This document shows positions 1 through 8,665 of a stretch of 32,000 nucleotides of DNA, in pieces. The position numbers were made by a program, and so were the translations under genes. How positions within the stretch are numbered: position 1 is the stretch's first letter; each line of letters opens with the position of its first letter. Location: NCBI RefSeq assembly GCF_052938775.1, contig NZ_CM129038.1; one strand, 5' to 3'. Below the pieces are notes generated by a model. The model had not been told where the DNA came from. It saw nothing but the letters and a program-made list of their open reading frames with translations, and searched no databases.

Positions 1-120
1 ATGACGCCCGATATTACGCCATACATAGAATATGACTACCTTGACCGTCAGGGTGTTTACAACGGCAGAGATAATTTATCGGAAAACAGTTATCGCATTG
101 GTGTGTCATTTAAACTGTAG
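1..120 (+). CDS. nanC: 3' end of a KdgM-family N-acetylneuraminate outer-membrane channel (partial, start lies outside the window)
   Basis: Open from base 1 to TAG at 118-120, reading ...PYIEYDYLDRQGVYNGRDNLSENSYRIGVSFKL*. This is a porin-like C-terminus. It sits directly upstream of nanM, as in the E. coli nanCMS operon. Confidence 0.65.
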   Translation: MTPDITPYIEYDYLDRQGVYNGRDNLSENSYRIGVSFKL

Positions 121-139
121 TAGACAGGAGACAGTCACA

Positions 140-1246
140 ATGAATAAAACAATAACGGCGCTTGCTATCATGATGGCTTCATTTGCCGCAAACGCGTCTG
201 TATTACCGGAAACTCCTGTGCCATTTAAAAGTGGTACCGGAGCAATTGATAACGACACTGTCTACATTGGTTTAGGTAGCGCAGGTACGGCATGGTACAA
301 GCTGGATACACAGGCCAAAGATAAAAAATGGACAGCGTTAGCTGCATTCCCTGGTGGACCAAGAGATCAAGCAACCTCGGCATTTATTGATGGTGATCTG
401 TATGTGTTTGGCGGCATTGGCAAAAATAGCAAGGGCTTGACTCAGGTATTTAATGACGTACACAAATACAACCCCAAAACCAATAGCTGGGTTAAATTGA
501 TGTCGCACGCGCCAATGGGCATGGCGGGCCATGTGACTTTTGTACACAACGGCAAAGCTTATGTTACTGGCGGTGTTAACCAGAATATCTTCAATGGCTA
601 TTTTGAAGATCTCAACGAGGCTGGAAAAGATTCAACCGCTATAGATAAAATCAACGCTCACTATTTTGACAAAAAAGCAGAAGATTATTTCTTCAATAAG
701 TTTCTGTTGTCTTTTGATCCCTCAACCCAGCAATGGAGTTACGCTGGCGAATCTCCCTGGTACGGAACGGCTGGTGCGGCGGTTGTGAATAAAGGTGATA
801 AAACCTGGCTTATTAATGGCGAAGCCAAACCCGGATTGCGAACGGATGCCGTATTTGAACTTGATTTCACCGGTGATAATTTAAAATGGAATAGGCTTGC
901 TCCCGTCTCATCACCAGATGGCGTCGCTGGCGGTTTTGCGGGGATAAGCAATGATTCTCTTATATTTGCCGGAGGGGCCGGATTCAAAGGTTCACGAGAA
1001 AATTACCAGAACGGTAAGAACTATGCGCATGAAGGCCTGAAAAAATCATATAGCACTGATATTCATCTTTGGCATAACGGGAAATGGGATAAATCGGGTG
1101 AATTATCGCAAGGTCGGGCCTACGGAGTATCATTGCCCTGGAATAATAGTCTATTGATTATTGGCGGTGAATCTGCAGGCGGCAAAGCGGTGACGGATTC
1201 AGTTTTGATCTCTGTGAAGGATAATAAAGTCACAGTACAAAACTAA
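140..1246 (+). CDS. nanM: N-acetylneuraminate epimerase/mutarotase (Kelch-repeat, periplasmic)
   Basis: ORF 32..1246. The ATG at 140 gives 368 aa starting MNKTITALAIMMASFAANA, a signal peptide, followed by Kelch-type repeats. Bases 32-139 overlap the nanC end and were rejected as coding. Confidence 0.93.
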   Translation: MNKTITALAIMMASFAANASVLPETPVPFKSGTGAIDNDTVYIGLGSAGTAWYKLDTQAKDKKWTALAAFPGGPRDQATSAFIDGDLYVFGGIGKNSKGLTQVFNDVHKYNPKTNSWVKLMSHAPMGMAGHVTFVHNGKAYVTGGVNQNIFNGYFEDLNEAGKDSTAIDKINAHYFDKKAEDYFFNKFLLSFDPSTQQWSYAGESPWYGTAGAAVVNKGDKTWLINGEAKPGLRTDAVFELDFTGDNLKWNRLAPVSSPDGVAGGFAGISNDSLIFAGGAGFKGSRENYQNGKNYAHEGLKKSYSTDIHLWHNGKWDKSGELSQGRAYGVSLPWNNSLLIIGGESAGGKAVTDSVLISVKDNKVTVQN

Positions 1247-1251
1247 CGCTT

Positions 1252-1274
1252 CAGGGCCCCGGTAAAGGGCCCTG
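1252..1274 (+). terminator. Intercistronic GC-rich hairpin after nanM (weak terminator or mRNA-stability element)
   Basis: CAGGGCCC (1252-1259) and GGGCCCTG (1267-1274) form a perfect 8-bp stem with a 7-nt loop. No strong T-run follows. Confidence 0.3.
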
Positions 1275-1309
1275 CTATCAATTTGTCATTTCAATTACGC
1301 GAAAATTAT

Positions 1310-2290
1310 ATGAACGCAATAATATCGCCCAATTATTACTATGTTCTTACCGTTGCTGGTCAGTCTAATGCCATGGCGTATGGCGAAGGACTGCCATTAC
1401 CGGACAGGGAAGATGCGCCTCATCCCAGAATCAAACAATTAGCGAGATTTACGCATACGCATCCCGGAGGCCCGCCATGTCACTTTAACGACATTATTCC
1501 ACTGACTCACTGCCCACACGATGTTCAGGATATGCAGGGTTATCACCATCCTCTGGCAACGAATCATCAAACACAGTACGGCACCGTTGGCCAGGCACTG
1601 CATATTGCACGGAAATTACTGCCCTTCATTCCTGATAATGCAGGGATTCTCATCGTCCCGTGTTGCCGTGGCGGATCGGCTTTTACCGCGGGCAGCGAGG
1701 GGACATATTCAGAACGGCACGGAGCCAGCCATGATGCTTGTCGTTGGGGAACGGATACCCCGCTCTACCAGGATTTAGTCAGCAGAACGCGAGCCGCACT
1801 GGCAAAAAATCCGCATAACAAATTCCTCGGCGTATGCTGGATGCAAGGCGAATTTGACTTAATGACCAGTGACTACGCGTCACACCCTCAACACTTTAAT
1901 CATATGGTTGAAGCCTTTCGTAGGGATCTAAAACAATTCCATTCTCAGCTTAATAATATTACTGCCGCGCCGTGGTTTTGCGGCGATACCACCTGGTACT
2001 GGAAAGAAAATTTCCCTCATGCGTATGAAGCTATTTATGGCAATTATCAAAATAATGTTTTAGCCAATATTATTTTCGTCGACTTCCAGCAACAAGGTGA
2101 AAGAGGACTGACGAACGCGCCTGATGAAGATCCGGACGATTTAAGCACGGGATATTTCGGTTCAGCGTACCGGTCAGCGGAGAACTGGACGACGTCACTG
2201 CGAAGCAGTCATTTCAGCGCGGCAGCCCGTCGGGGGATTATTTCTGACAGATTTGTAGAAGCAATTTTGCAGTTTTGGCGCGAAAGGTGA
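1310..2290 (+). CDS. nanS: 9-O-acetyl-N-acetylneuraminate esterase
   Basis: ORF 1283..2290. The ATG at 1310 gives 326 aa (MNAIISPNYYYVLTVAGQSNA...), a SASA/SGNH-like esterase N-terminus. It follows nanM in synteny. Confidence 0.9.
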   Translation: MNAIISPNYYYVLTVAGQSNAMAYGEGLPLPDREDAPHPRIKQLARFTHTHPGGPPCHFNDIIPLTHCPHDVQDMQGYHHPLATNHQTQYGTVGQALHIARKLLPFIPDNAGILIVPCCRGGSAFTAGSEGTYSERHGASHDACRWGTDTPLYQDLVSRTRAALAKNPHNKFLGVCWMQGEFDLMTSDYASHPQHFNHMVEAFRRDLKQFHSQLNNITAAPWFCGDTTWYWKENFPHAYEAIYGNYQNNVLANIIFVDFQQQGERGLTNAPDEDPDDLSTGYFGSAYRSAENWTTSLRSSHFSAAARRGIISDRFVEAILQFWRER

Positions 2291-2417
2291 GCGGGGAGTT
2301 TATTCATGGGGGATGTCCTTGTCCATTCCCAGAGCAGACAACAAAAAACAAATGAGATCAAGGTAATATCTCTTCACTTGCGGGCTCGAACAGCAGGCAA
2401 TTGCCAATATAATAATC

Positions 2418-2667
2418 TGGCACAAGGGTGAAAAACGCGCACCGCATAAACCGTTGTTATTGCTTACAGATTAGCCGGATGCCTTAATAGACATCCGCGC
2501 CTTTTCGGTTATGGCTCGGAAATCTACGAACATCTACACAGTTTACTGGAACGTTTTGGGCCACAGCGTTCGCAGCACCGTCCTGATATGCCGTTCTGGC
2601 GATTATAAGTCGACGGATTCTGGCAAATAGACGATGATGATATGCTTAATGATGTTCAAAGAAATTA
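2418..2667 (+). pseudogene. Degraded remnant of a restriction-endonuclease-like (HNH/McrA-type N-terminal recognition domain) gene, broken by stops and a frameshift
   Basis: One frame reads WHKGEKRAPHKPLLLL..*. A second frame reads EIYEHLHSLLERFGPQRSQHRPDMPFWRL*VDGFWQIDDDDMLNDVQRN*. The APHKPLLLL and PFWRL..DGFW motifs are recalled from HNH-type restriction endonucleases. There is no intact ORF. Confidence 0.35.
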
Positions 2668-2785
2668 GGCCATTATTATATTATTGCTTGCATTTTCTTT
2701 CATTCCTAAAAGCACCCGCCATTAATCCCAGGCGCATTATGCAAAGGAAAATGATTAGGTAAACAATAAGATTTATAATCAGGAA

Positions 2786-2816
2786 AGGCGACTCGCAATA
2801 AAACGGAAAGTCGCCT
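2786..2816 (-). terminator. Possible terminator hairpin downstream of yjhR
   Basis: AGGCGACT (2786-2793) and AGTCGCCT (2809-2816) form a perfect 8-bp stem with a 15-nt loop. A T-rich run follows on the minus strand. Confidence 0.3.
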
Positions 2817-2872
2817 TAACATTGGTAAAATATGCCCTTTACTACTCCTGTATCATGAACGGCTCATCACAT

Positions 2873-4066
2873 TTAAAGCTGACGTTGATCCAGACTACCA
2901 TATATTGCCTTTATTTCATTTTTTACGCCTTCGCCACGGTACACCAAAGACGTATCGTATCGTTGATACTTATCTTCCCGTGCAGCACTGAACCAGTTAA
3001 AAGATCCGACACACAGCAGTTCTTCATCCTCAATCACAATTTTGCTGTGGACACGATTAACCAATTTCGTAGCGATACCCATCTTATTGAGCTTTTCAAC
3101 AGCATCATTCAGCAGATGTTGTTTCTCCTGACGCTTATCATCATCGACATGCGCTATATTGCAGTTTTTATCCGTCACCACGGTAATATCAATGCCCCGG
3201 GAACGGGCCAAAGCCATTGATGCCAGAAATCCCGTTTGCTCCACTTTTTGCCAAGATAACCAAGGGGAAATAATCGTTATTTTCTTTTGAGCTCCGGCAA
3301 GAGTCTTGTTCAAAAATCCATCATGCTGCTCCACACCATGCAGCGTTGAAATTTGTGTATGTGCGGAAATTAAATCCTGTCGTTTCTGAAACTCAAATTG
3401 CAACGCATTATTATCTGAAGAAAAGAGATATTTTGCCAATAACCCTCGCGGCGAAAATGCGGGCTGCATCTCGATAAGGTCCATATCGCCAAATACCAGA
3501 AAACTATCTTTAGCGCGTGAGACAGCAACATTGAGGATACTGCTGTTGCTATCAAGAAACCTGCCATCTTCATGTTTTGAGTAGACAGGAGAAAAGAGAA
3601 CAATCGCCCTTTCCGCCCCCTGCAAGGAGTGCACAGTCCCCACTGTCAGTGAACCCTGCTCGTCTTTGCCATTAATTTCCAGCTTACGCAATGACGTTTT
3701 GATAGCATTAACCTGCGCCGAAAATGGCGTCACAACACCAACAACTTTGTACAGTGGTTCCCCGTAATGGCGCTCTATATCATCCTTATGTGCCACCAGC
3801 CATGCTGCTATTGTTTCAGCTTCAAGAGGGTTATAACGGCTTCCTCCATTTGGCTTCATGCCTCTACCATCAATATGTAAATATCCCATTGCGGGGAAAA
3901 TCGTCCCTTTTTCCATCCCTCTTTTAGGCTGCAACTTACCGTGATAGCAAAGTGAGTTACAGTAGCCGATGATGTTATTGAAACAGCGACGATGCTCATA
4001 CAGATACATTCCGCGCTCGAACTTGGGATCATACTGGTAGTGAGAGTTGAACTGGGCTACCTGCAT
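2873..4066 (-). CDS. yjhR: N-terminally truncated SF1 (Upf1/DNA2-like) helicase C-terminal half fused to a PLD/HKD nuclease domain; likely a non-functional remnant
   Basis: The 397-aa ORF carries helicase motifs V/VI ([32 protein letters not shown]) but no Walker A/B half. The C-terminus has an HKD motif ([19 protein letters not shown]). yjhR is annotated as a pseudogene in K-12. Confidence 0.8.
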   Translation of the reverse strand: MQVAQFNSHYQYDPKFERGMYLYEHRRCFNNIIGYCNSLCYHGKLQPKRGMEKGTIFPAMGYLHIDGRGMKPNGGSRYNPLEAETIAAWLVAHKDDIERHYGEPLYKVVGVVTPFSAQVNAIKTSLRKLEINGKDEQGSLTVGTVHSLQGAERAIVLFSPVYSKHEDGRFLDSNSSILNVAVSRAKDSFLVFGDMDLIEMQPAFSPRGLLAKYLFSSDNNALQFEFQKRQDLISAHTQISTLHGVEQHDGFLNKTLAGAQKKITIISPWLSWQKVEQTGFLASMALARSRGIDITVVTDKNCNIAHVDDDKRQEKQHLLNDAVEKLNKMGIATKLVNRVHSKIVIEDEELLCVGSFNWFSAAREDKYQRYDTSLVYRGEGVKNEIKAIYGSLDQRQL

Positions 4067-4115
4067 TACGCTGCCAGATGCTGCACTTTTTCCAGACCCA
4101 TTTATTATCGAATAC

Positions 4116-4143
4116 GGTGACCGCCTGAGCGGCCACCTTTAAT
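4116..4143 (+). terminator. Orphan terminator-like hairpin at the yjhR truncation point
   Basis: GGTGACCGC-ctga-GCGGCCACC forms a 9-bp stem with 1 mismatch, followed by TTTAAT. No upstream plus-strand gene is present. Confidence 0.3.
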
Positions 4144-4176
4144 CGTGGGCAGTTACACAGAATTATTTACAGGGCC

Positions 4177-4476
4177 TTGCTGGGAGTTCTTACACTTGCT
4201 CGCGATATTCAATTGGCCATTGTCAACAAGATGACGCAGGTTTTGATTGGTGATATCTATTTACGTCAGCAATGCGATGTGTTTTGGCTCGGCTATACCA
4301 TCAGTCCCGCTTATACTCGCCAGGGATATGCAATTGAAGCAATTACCGCCACGATTGACTGGATAAAAGAGAACGGTTTTTCACTCATCAAAGCCGGTGT
4401 GAATCCGGAAAATACCCTTTCAAAAAAATTACTTATCAGGATTGGCTTCAATTTTTCGAGCATCGAAGATGGGTGA
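4177..4476 (+). pseudogene. yjhZ: GNAT (RimJ/RimL-like) acetyltransferase C-terminal fragment
   Basis: The 99-aa ORF contains only the distal GNAT core (TRQGYAIEAITATIDWIKENGFSLIKAGVNPENTLSKKLLIRIGF). It uses a non-ATG start and lacks the N-terminal half. Confidence 0.5.
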
Positions 4477-4713
4477 GCATATTTATGTTCTGGATTAAAC
4501 AAAAGGAGAATAATCTCCCGAAGGGAAAAGCCGATGAGGCCATTTCAGGCGTACTTCAACATGCATTCGTCAGTGTCATCTGCCTTTTCCAGTAAATGGG
4601 TTGGCATTCAATTTCCAAAGTACATCACACTTTTTCTACTGAAACATATCCCTCCTATAACTACGTGTTAATATTCGCTCCGTAAATACCTTTCAACTCA
4701 ACCCGAGGCTTTG

Positions 4714-4740
4714 ATGCTGGAGAATGTAATCATCCGATAA
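4714..4740 (+). CDS. toiL: 8-codon leader peptide in the topAI 5' UTR (MLENVIIR*)
   Basis: ATG CTG GAG AAT GTA ATC ATC CGA TAA, with GAGG 5 nt upstream. It lies ~110 nt before topAI. I recall it as the antibiotic-sensing leader ORF that controls topAI. Confidence 0.5.
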   Translation: MLENVIIR

Positions 4741-4834
4741 TCAGTTCCCCGACCTTTTCAGGCCGGACTGATTATCAATGCGCCGAAATCGAATGCGGAC
4801 ACCGCGGTGTGTTTGCACGTTTTGCACATGATGA

Positions 4835-5110
<276 letters not shown>

Positions 5111-5121
5111 GGAGAGTTTCG

Positions 5122-5673
5122 ATGACAGCACACCACTTCACTTTTCAAATCACAGATGAAAGTGATGCCAGTGATATCCGGGAAGTCGAAACCCGCGCAT
5201 TTGGCTTCAGCAAAGAAGCCGATTTAACGGCCTCTTTACTTGAGGATGAAAGCGCGCGCCCTGCGTTATCGCTGCTGGCCCGACATGAAGGCAAAGCCGT
5301 CGGGCATATTTTATTTACCCGGGCAACCTTCAAAGGGGAAATGGATTCACCGCTGATGCATATCCTCGCTCCCCTGGCAGTCATACCGGAATACCAGGGG
5401 ATGGGCGTGGGAGGACGGTTGATACGCACTGGCATCGAGCACCTGAGGTTGATGGGCTGCCAGACGGTTTTTGTTCTCGGCCACGCCACCTATTACCCCC
5501 GACATGGGTTCGAACCCTGTGCCGGAGACAAAGGCTATCCGGCACCTTATCCCATCCCGGAGGAGCACAAAGCCTGCTGGATGATGCAAGCACTCACCGC
5601 TCAGCCCATGAACGTGACCGGCCACATCCAGTGCGCGCAGGCCCTGATGAAACCGGAGCACTGGCGTGAATAA
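5122..5673 (+). CDS. yjhQ: GNAT-family acetyltransferase, antitoxin partner of TopAI
   Basis: 183-aa ORF with the GNAT acetyl-CoA motif (VIPEYQGMGVGGRLIRTGIEHL). It is arranged in an operon with topAI. Confidence 0.9.
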   Translation: MTAHHFTFQITDESDASDIREVETRAFGFSKEADLTASLLEDESARPALSLLARHEGKAVGHILFTRATFKGEMDSPLMHILAPLAVIPEYQGMGVGGRLIRTGIEHLRLMGCQTVFVLGHATYYPRHGFEPCAGDKGYPAPYPIPEEHKACWMMQALTAQPMNVTGHIQCAQALMKPEHWRE

Positions 5674-5724
5674 CAATCTTGTTGTGCCCTTTTTAATGCT
5701 TAACCCAATAACAGGAATTAACTA

Positions 5725-6471
5725 ATGGATATTCCACGTATTTTTACCATCAGTTAAAGCGAACACCGCATCCACAACCCGTTCACCGAAGAGAAGTACG
5801 CCACGCTGGGTCGCGTGCTGCGCATGAAACCAGAGACCCGAATTCTGGACCTCGGCAGCGGCTCGGGCGAGATGCTCTGCACCTGGGCCCGGGATCATGG
5901 CATTACGGGGACTGGAATCGACATGAGTTCGCTCTTCACCGCGCAGGCCAGACGCCGCGCGGAAGAACTCGGCGTCAGCGAACGCGTACATTTTATTCAT
6001 AATGATGCGGCGGGTTACGTCGCCAATGAAAAATGTGACGTAGCAGCCTGCGTTGGCGCGACCTGGATTGCCGGAGGCTTTGCCGGGACAGTCGAACTGC
6101 TGGCGCAGAGCCTTAAACCGGGCGGGATCATGCTCATCGGTGAACCTTACTGGCGTCAGCTTCCGTCAACGGACGAGATAGCCCAGGCCTGTGGCGTCAG
6201 CTCGACGACCGATTTTCTGACGCTACCAGGGCTTGTCAGCGCGTTTGACGACCTCGGCTACGACGTGGTGGAAATGGTACTGGCGGACCAGGAAGGCTGG
6301 GACCGATATGAGGCCGCGAAATGGCTGACCATGCGCCGCTGGCTGGAGGCCAATCCTGACGATGACTTCGCCGCCGAAGTCAGGGCCGAGCTAAACATCT
6401 CGCCGAAACGCCACGTAACGTACGCGCGGGAATACTTTGGCTGGGGCGTGTTCGCACTCATCGCTAGGTAA
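5725..6471 (+). pseudogene. yjhP: SAM-dependent methyltransferase with a premature in-frame TAA at codon 11
   Basis: The ATG at 5725 (AGGA upstream) reads MDIPRIFTIS-TAA(5755-5757)-SEHRIHNPFTEEKYATLGRVLRMKPETRILDLGSGSGEM..., all in one frame. The tracked ORF 5815..6471 is the downstream part. A class I MTase motif (LDLGSGSG) is present. Confidence 0.7.
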
Positions 6472-6598
6472 CAACAGGTTCCCGGTATTTCTGACTGGAG
6501 ATACTGGGGGCTTAGCCTTTGCTTTAATCTGATGCATCACCTGCACAATACATATTCAGTATGTTTATTAATCAAGATGTCACCATAAGGAGCATCAT

Positions 6599-6859
6599 AT
6601 GTCACAACATGAACAGTTCTGTCAGGCTTGCGGAATGCCGATGTCGGCACCAGATGCACACAGTGCCAGTGATCAATATTGTGCGTACTGCAGCTACAGC
6701 AACGGCAATCTCAAACCCTGGGAAGAAGCGGTATCAGGTTTAGCCAGCTTCCTTGATTCCTGGCAAAAAGTCGGCCCGGAGGAAGCACATAAGCGTGCAA
6801 AACGTTATCTGACGGCAATGCCAGCCTGGGCTCATAAAGCGGAGAGTGATTTGAGCTGA
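6599..6859 (+). CDS. yjhY: Small zinc-ribbon protein (CxxC...CxxC)
   Basis: 86 aa, MSQHEQFCQACGMPMSAPDAHSASDQYCAYCSYSNG..., with AAGGAG 7 nt upstream. The symbol is assigned from position in the K-12 island and I am not sure of it. Confidence 0.55.
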   Translation: MSQHEQFCQACGMPMSAPDAHSASDQYCAYCSYSNGNLKPWEEAVSGLASFLDSWQKVGPEEAHKRAKRYLTAMPAWAHKAESDLS

Positions 6860-6896
6860 TTATCTATACTCCCTCTGAATCTATTCAGGAGATCCG

Positions 6897-7034
6897 ATGT
6901 TTTCTTACATTATGCTGGGAACCAACGACCTGCCACGCGCCATTACATTCTAAGATCCGCTGATGGAGATGCTGGGGTATCCACGTGCAGGACGTAATGA
7001 AGAGGGAGCGTCCTGCAACAAAGTGGTGCGATAA
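6897..7034 (+). pseudogene. Remnant of a VOC/glyoxalase-family gene with an in-frame stop and 3' truncation
   Basis: CAGGAG then ATG, reading MFSYIMLGTNDLPRAITF-TAA(6951-6953)-DPLMEMLGYPRAGRNEEGASCNKVVR*. The N-terminus is typical of VOC-family proteins, but the ORF is far shorter than the ~130 aa expected. Confidence 0.35.
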
Positions 7035-7169
7035 CAGTTACCGCGTTTTATTCATTCTCATTATTTCAACCATAATCACTGGTCTCTCTAGCCCGTAACT
7101 TTCACAAACGTTGAGCGCTTTTATTCCACTCGGCTCACATAATTTTTTATTTGTTCAGCTTTGCGCGTT

Positions 7170-7179
7170 TTCACGTGAA
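7170..7179. promoter_or_regulatory. Perfect 10-bp palindrome TTCACGTGAA in the sgcX upstream region (candidate operator)
   Basis: Seen directly. It lies between the two arms of a 9-bp inverted repeat (7109-7117 and 7218-7226), ~80 nt upstream of the sgcX ATG. Confidence 0.3.
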
Positions 7180-7257
7180 CGTTCTCACAATTATTCGACC
7201 AGTCTGCGCCTATAAAACGCTCAACGAGTGATTGTTTTACGGTCTACGGAGATAGCT

Positions 7258-8379
7258 ATGTCATTTTCTGTGCAGGAAACCCTGTTCTCGCTTTTGCAGC
7301 ACAATGCGATTTCAGGACACGAAAACGCTGTCGCTGACGTCATGCTGTGCGAATTCAGGCGTCAGGCAAAAGAGGTCTGGCGAGACAGGCTTGGGAATGT
7401 CGTCGCGCGCTACGGTAGTGATAAACCCGATGCGCTGCGACTGATGATTTTTGCGCATATGGATGAAGTCGGTTTTATGGTGCGCAAAATAGAGCCTTCT
7501 GGATTTTTACGCTTTGAACGCGTAGGCGGTCCTGCGCAGGTCACTATGGCTGGATCCATCGTCACCCTCACCGGGGACAAAGGGCCAGTCATGGGGTGTA
7601 TCGGCATTAAGTCCTACCACTTTGCCAAAGGCGACGAGCGCACGCAGTCACCTTCTGTCGACAAACTGTGGATTGATATTGGTGCCAAAGACAAAGACGA
7701 CGCTATACGAATGGGCATTCAGGTCGGTACGCCTGTCACTCTGTATAACCCGCCGCAACTCCTGGCAAACGATCTGGTGTGCAGTAAAGCACTAGACGAT
7801 CGTCTGGGCTGTACTGCCCTGCTCGGTGTAGCGGATGCTATCAGTACTACGGAGCTTGATATCGCCGTTTATCTGGTGGCTTCGGTACAGGAAGAATTTA
7901 ATATCCGCGGCATTGTTCCCGTATTACGCCGTGTAAAACCTGACCTGGCGATTGGTATTGATATCACTCCATCGTGTGACACCCCTGATTTACACGATTA
8001 TTCCGAGGTCAGGATTAATCAGGGCGTTGGGATCACCTGCCTGAACTACCATGGTCGGGGAACGCTGGCCGGATTAATCACGCCTCCTCGCCTGATACGG
8101 ATGTTGGAACAGACGGCTCTTGAACACAACATTCCGGTGCAGCGAGAAGTGGCTCCCGGCGTGATAACAGAAACCGGTTATATCCAGGTTGAGCAGGATG
8201 GTATTCCCTGCGCCAGTCTCTCTATTCCTTGTCGCTATACCCATTCTCCGGCGGAGGTTGCCAGCCTGCGTGATTTGACTGATTGCATCCGCCTATTGAC
8301 CGCTCTGGCAGGTATGTCAGCAGCACATTTCCCCGTTGAGCCTGATTCAGGCACTACACAAGAGGCACATCCATTATGA
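7258..8379 (+). CDS. sgcX: M42-family peptidase/endoglucanase-like protein
   Basis: ORF 7228..8379. The ATG at 7258 gives 373 aa (MSFSVQETLFSLL...) with M42 aminopeptidase-like metal-binding regions (FAHMDEVGF, DDRLGC). Confidence 0.9.
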   Translation: MSFSVQETLFSLLQHNAISGHENAVADVMLCEFRRQAKEVWRDRLGNVVARYGSDKPDALRLMIFAHMDEVGFMVRKIEPSGFLRFERVGGPAQVTMAGSIVTLTGDKGPVMGCIGIKSYHFAKGDERTQSPSVDKLWIDIGAKDKDDAIRMGIQVGTPVTLYNPPQLLANDLVCSKALDDRLGCTALLGVADAISTTELDIAVYLVASVQEEFNIRGIVPVLRRVKPDLAIGIDITPSCDTPDLHDYSEVRINQGVGITCLNYHGRGTLAGLITPPRLIRMLEQTALEHNIPVQREVAPGVITETGYIQVEQDGIPCASLSIPCRYTHSPAEVASLRDLTDCIRLLTALAGMSAAHFPVEPDSGTTQEAHPL

Positions 8380-8654
8380 AAAAGATCCTTGTGGCATGCG
8401 GTACCGGCATGTCGACTTCAACCATGATTGCACACAAGCTGCAAGAGTTCCTGACTGAACAGGGCATTTCAGCCACTACCGCCCAATGCTGTCTGAATGA
8501 GATCCCTCTTAACTGTAACGGTATGGACCTTATTGTAACCTCCATGCGAACCAACAGTGATTACGGCATCCCTACGCTTAATGGCGCCGCCCTGCTCACA
8601 GGGATCAACGACGACGCGTTAAAACAACAAATCAAGGCTCTGTTAACTCAATAA
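8376..8654 (+). CDS. sgcB: PTS EIIB component (galactitol family)
   Basis: 92 aa, MKKILVACGTGMSTSTM..., with an active-site Cys motif. Its start overlaps the sgcX stop (ATGA). Confidence 0.9.
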   Translation: MKKILVACGTGMSTSTMIAHKLQEFLTEQGISATTAQCCLNEIPLNCNGMDLIVTSMRTNSDYGIPTLNGAALLTGINDDALKQQIKALLTQ

Positions 8655-8665
8655 AAGGAGGCATT

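Noticed and set aside
32-139. A 36-codon N-terminal extension of nanM in the tracked ORF (start at 32).
   Set aside because: It overlaps the 3' end of nanC. The ATG at 140 yields a canonical signal peptide and the known 368-aa length.
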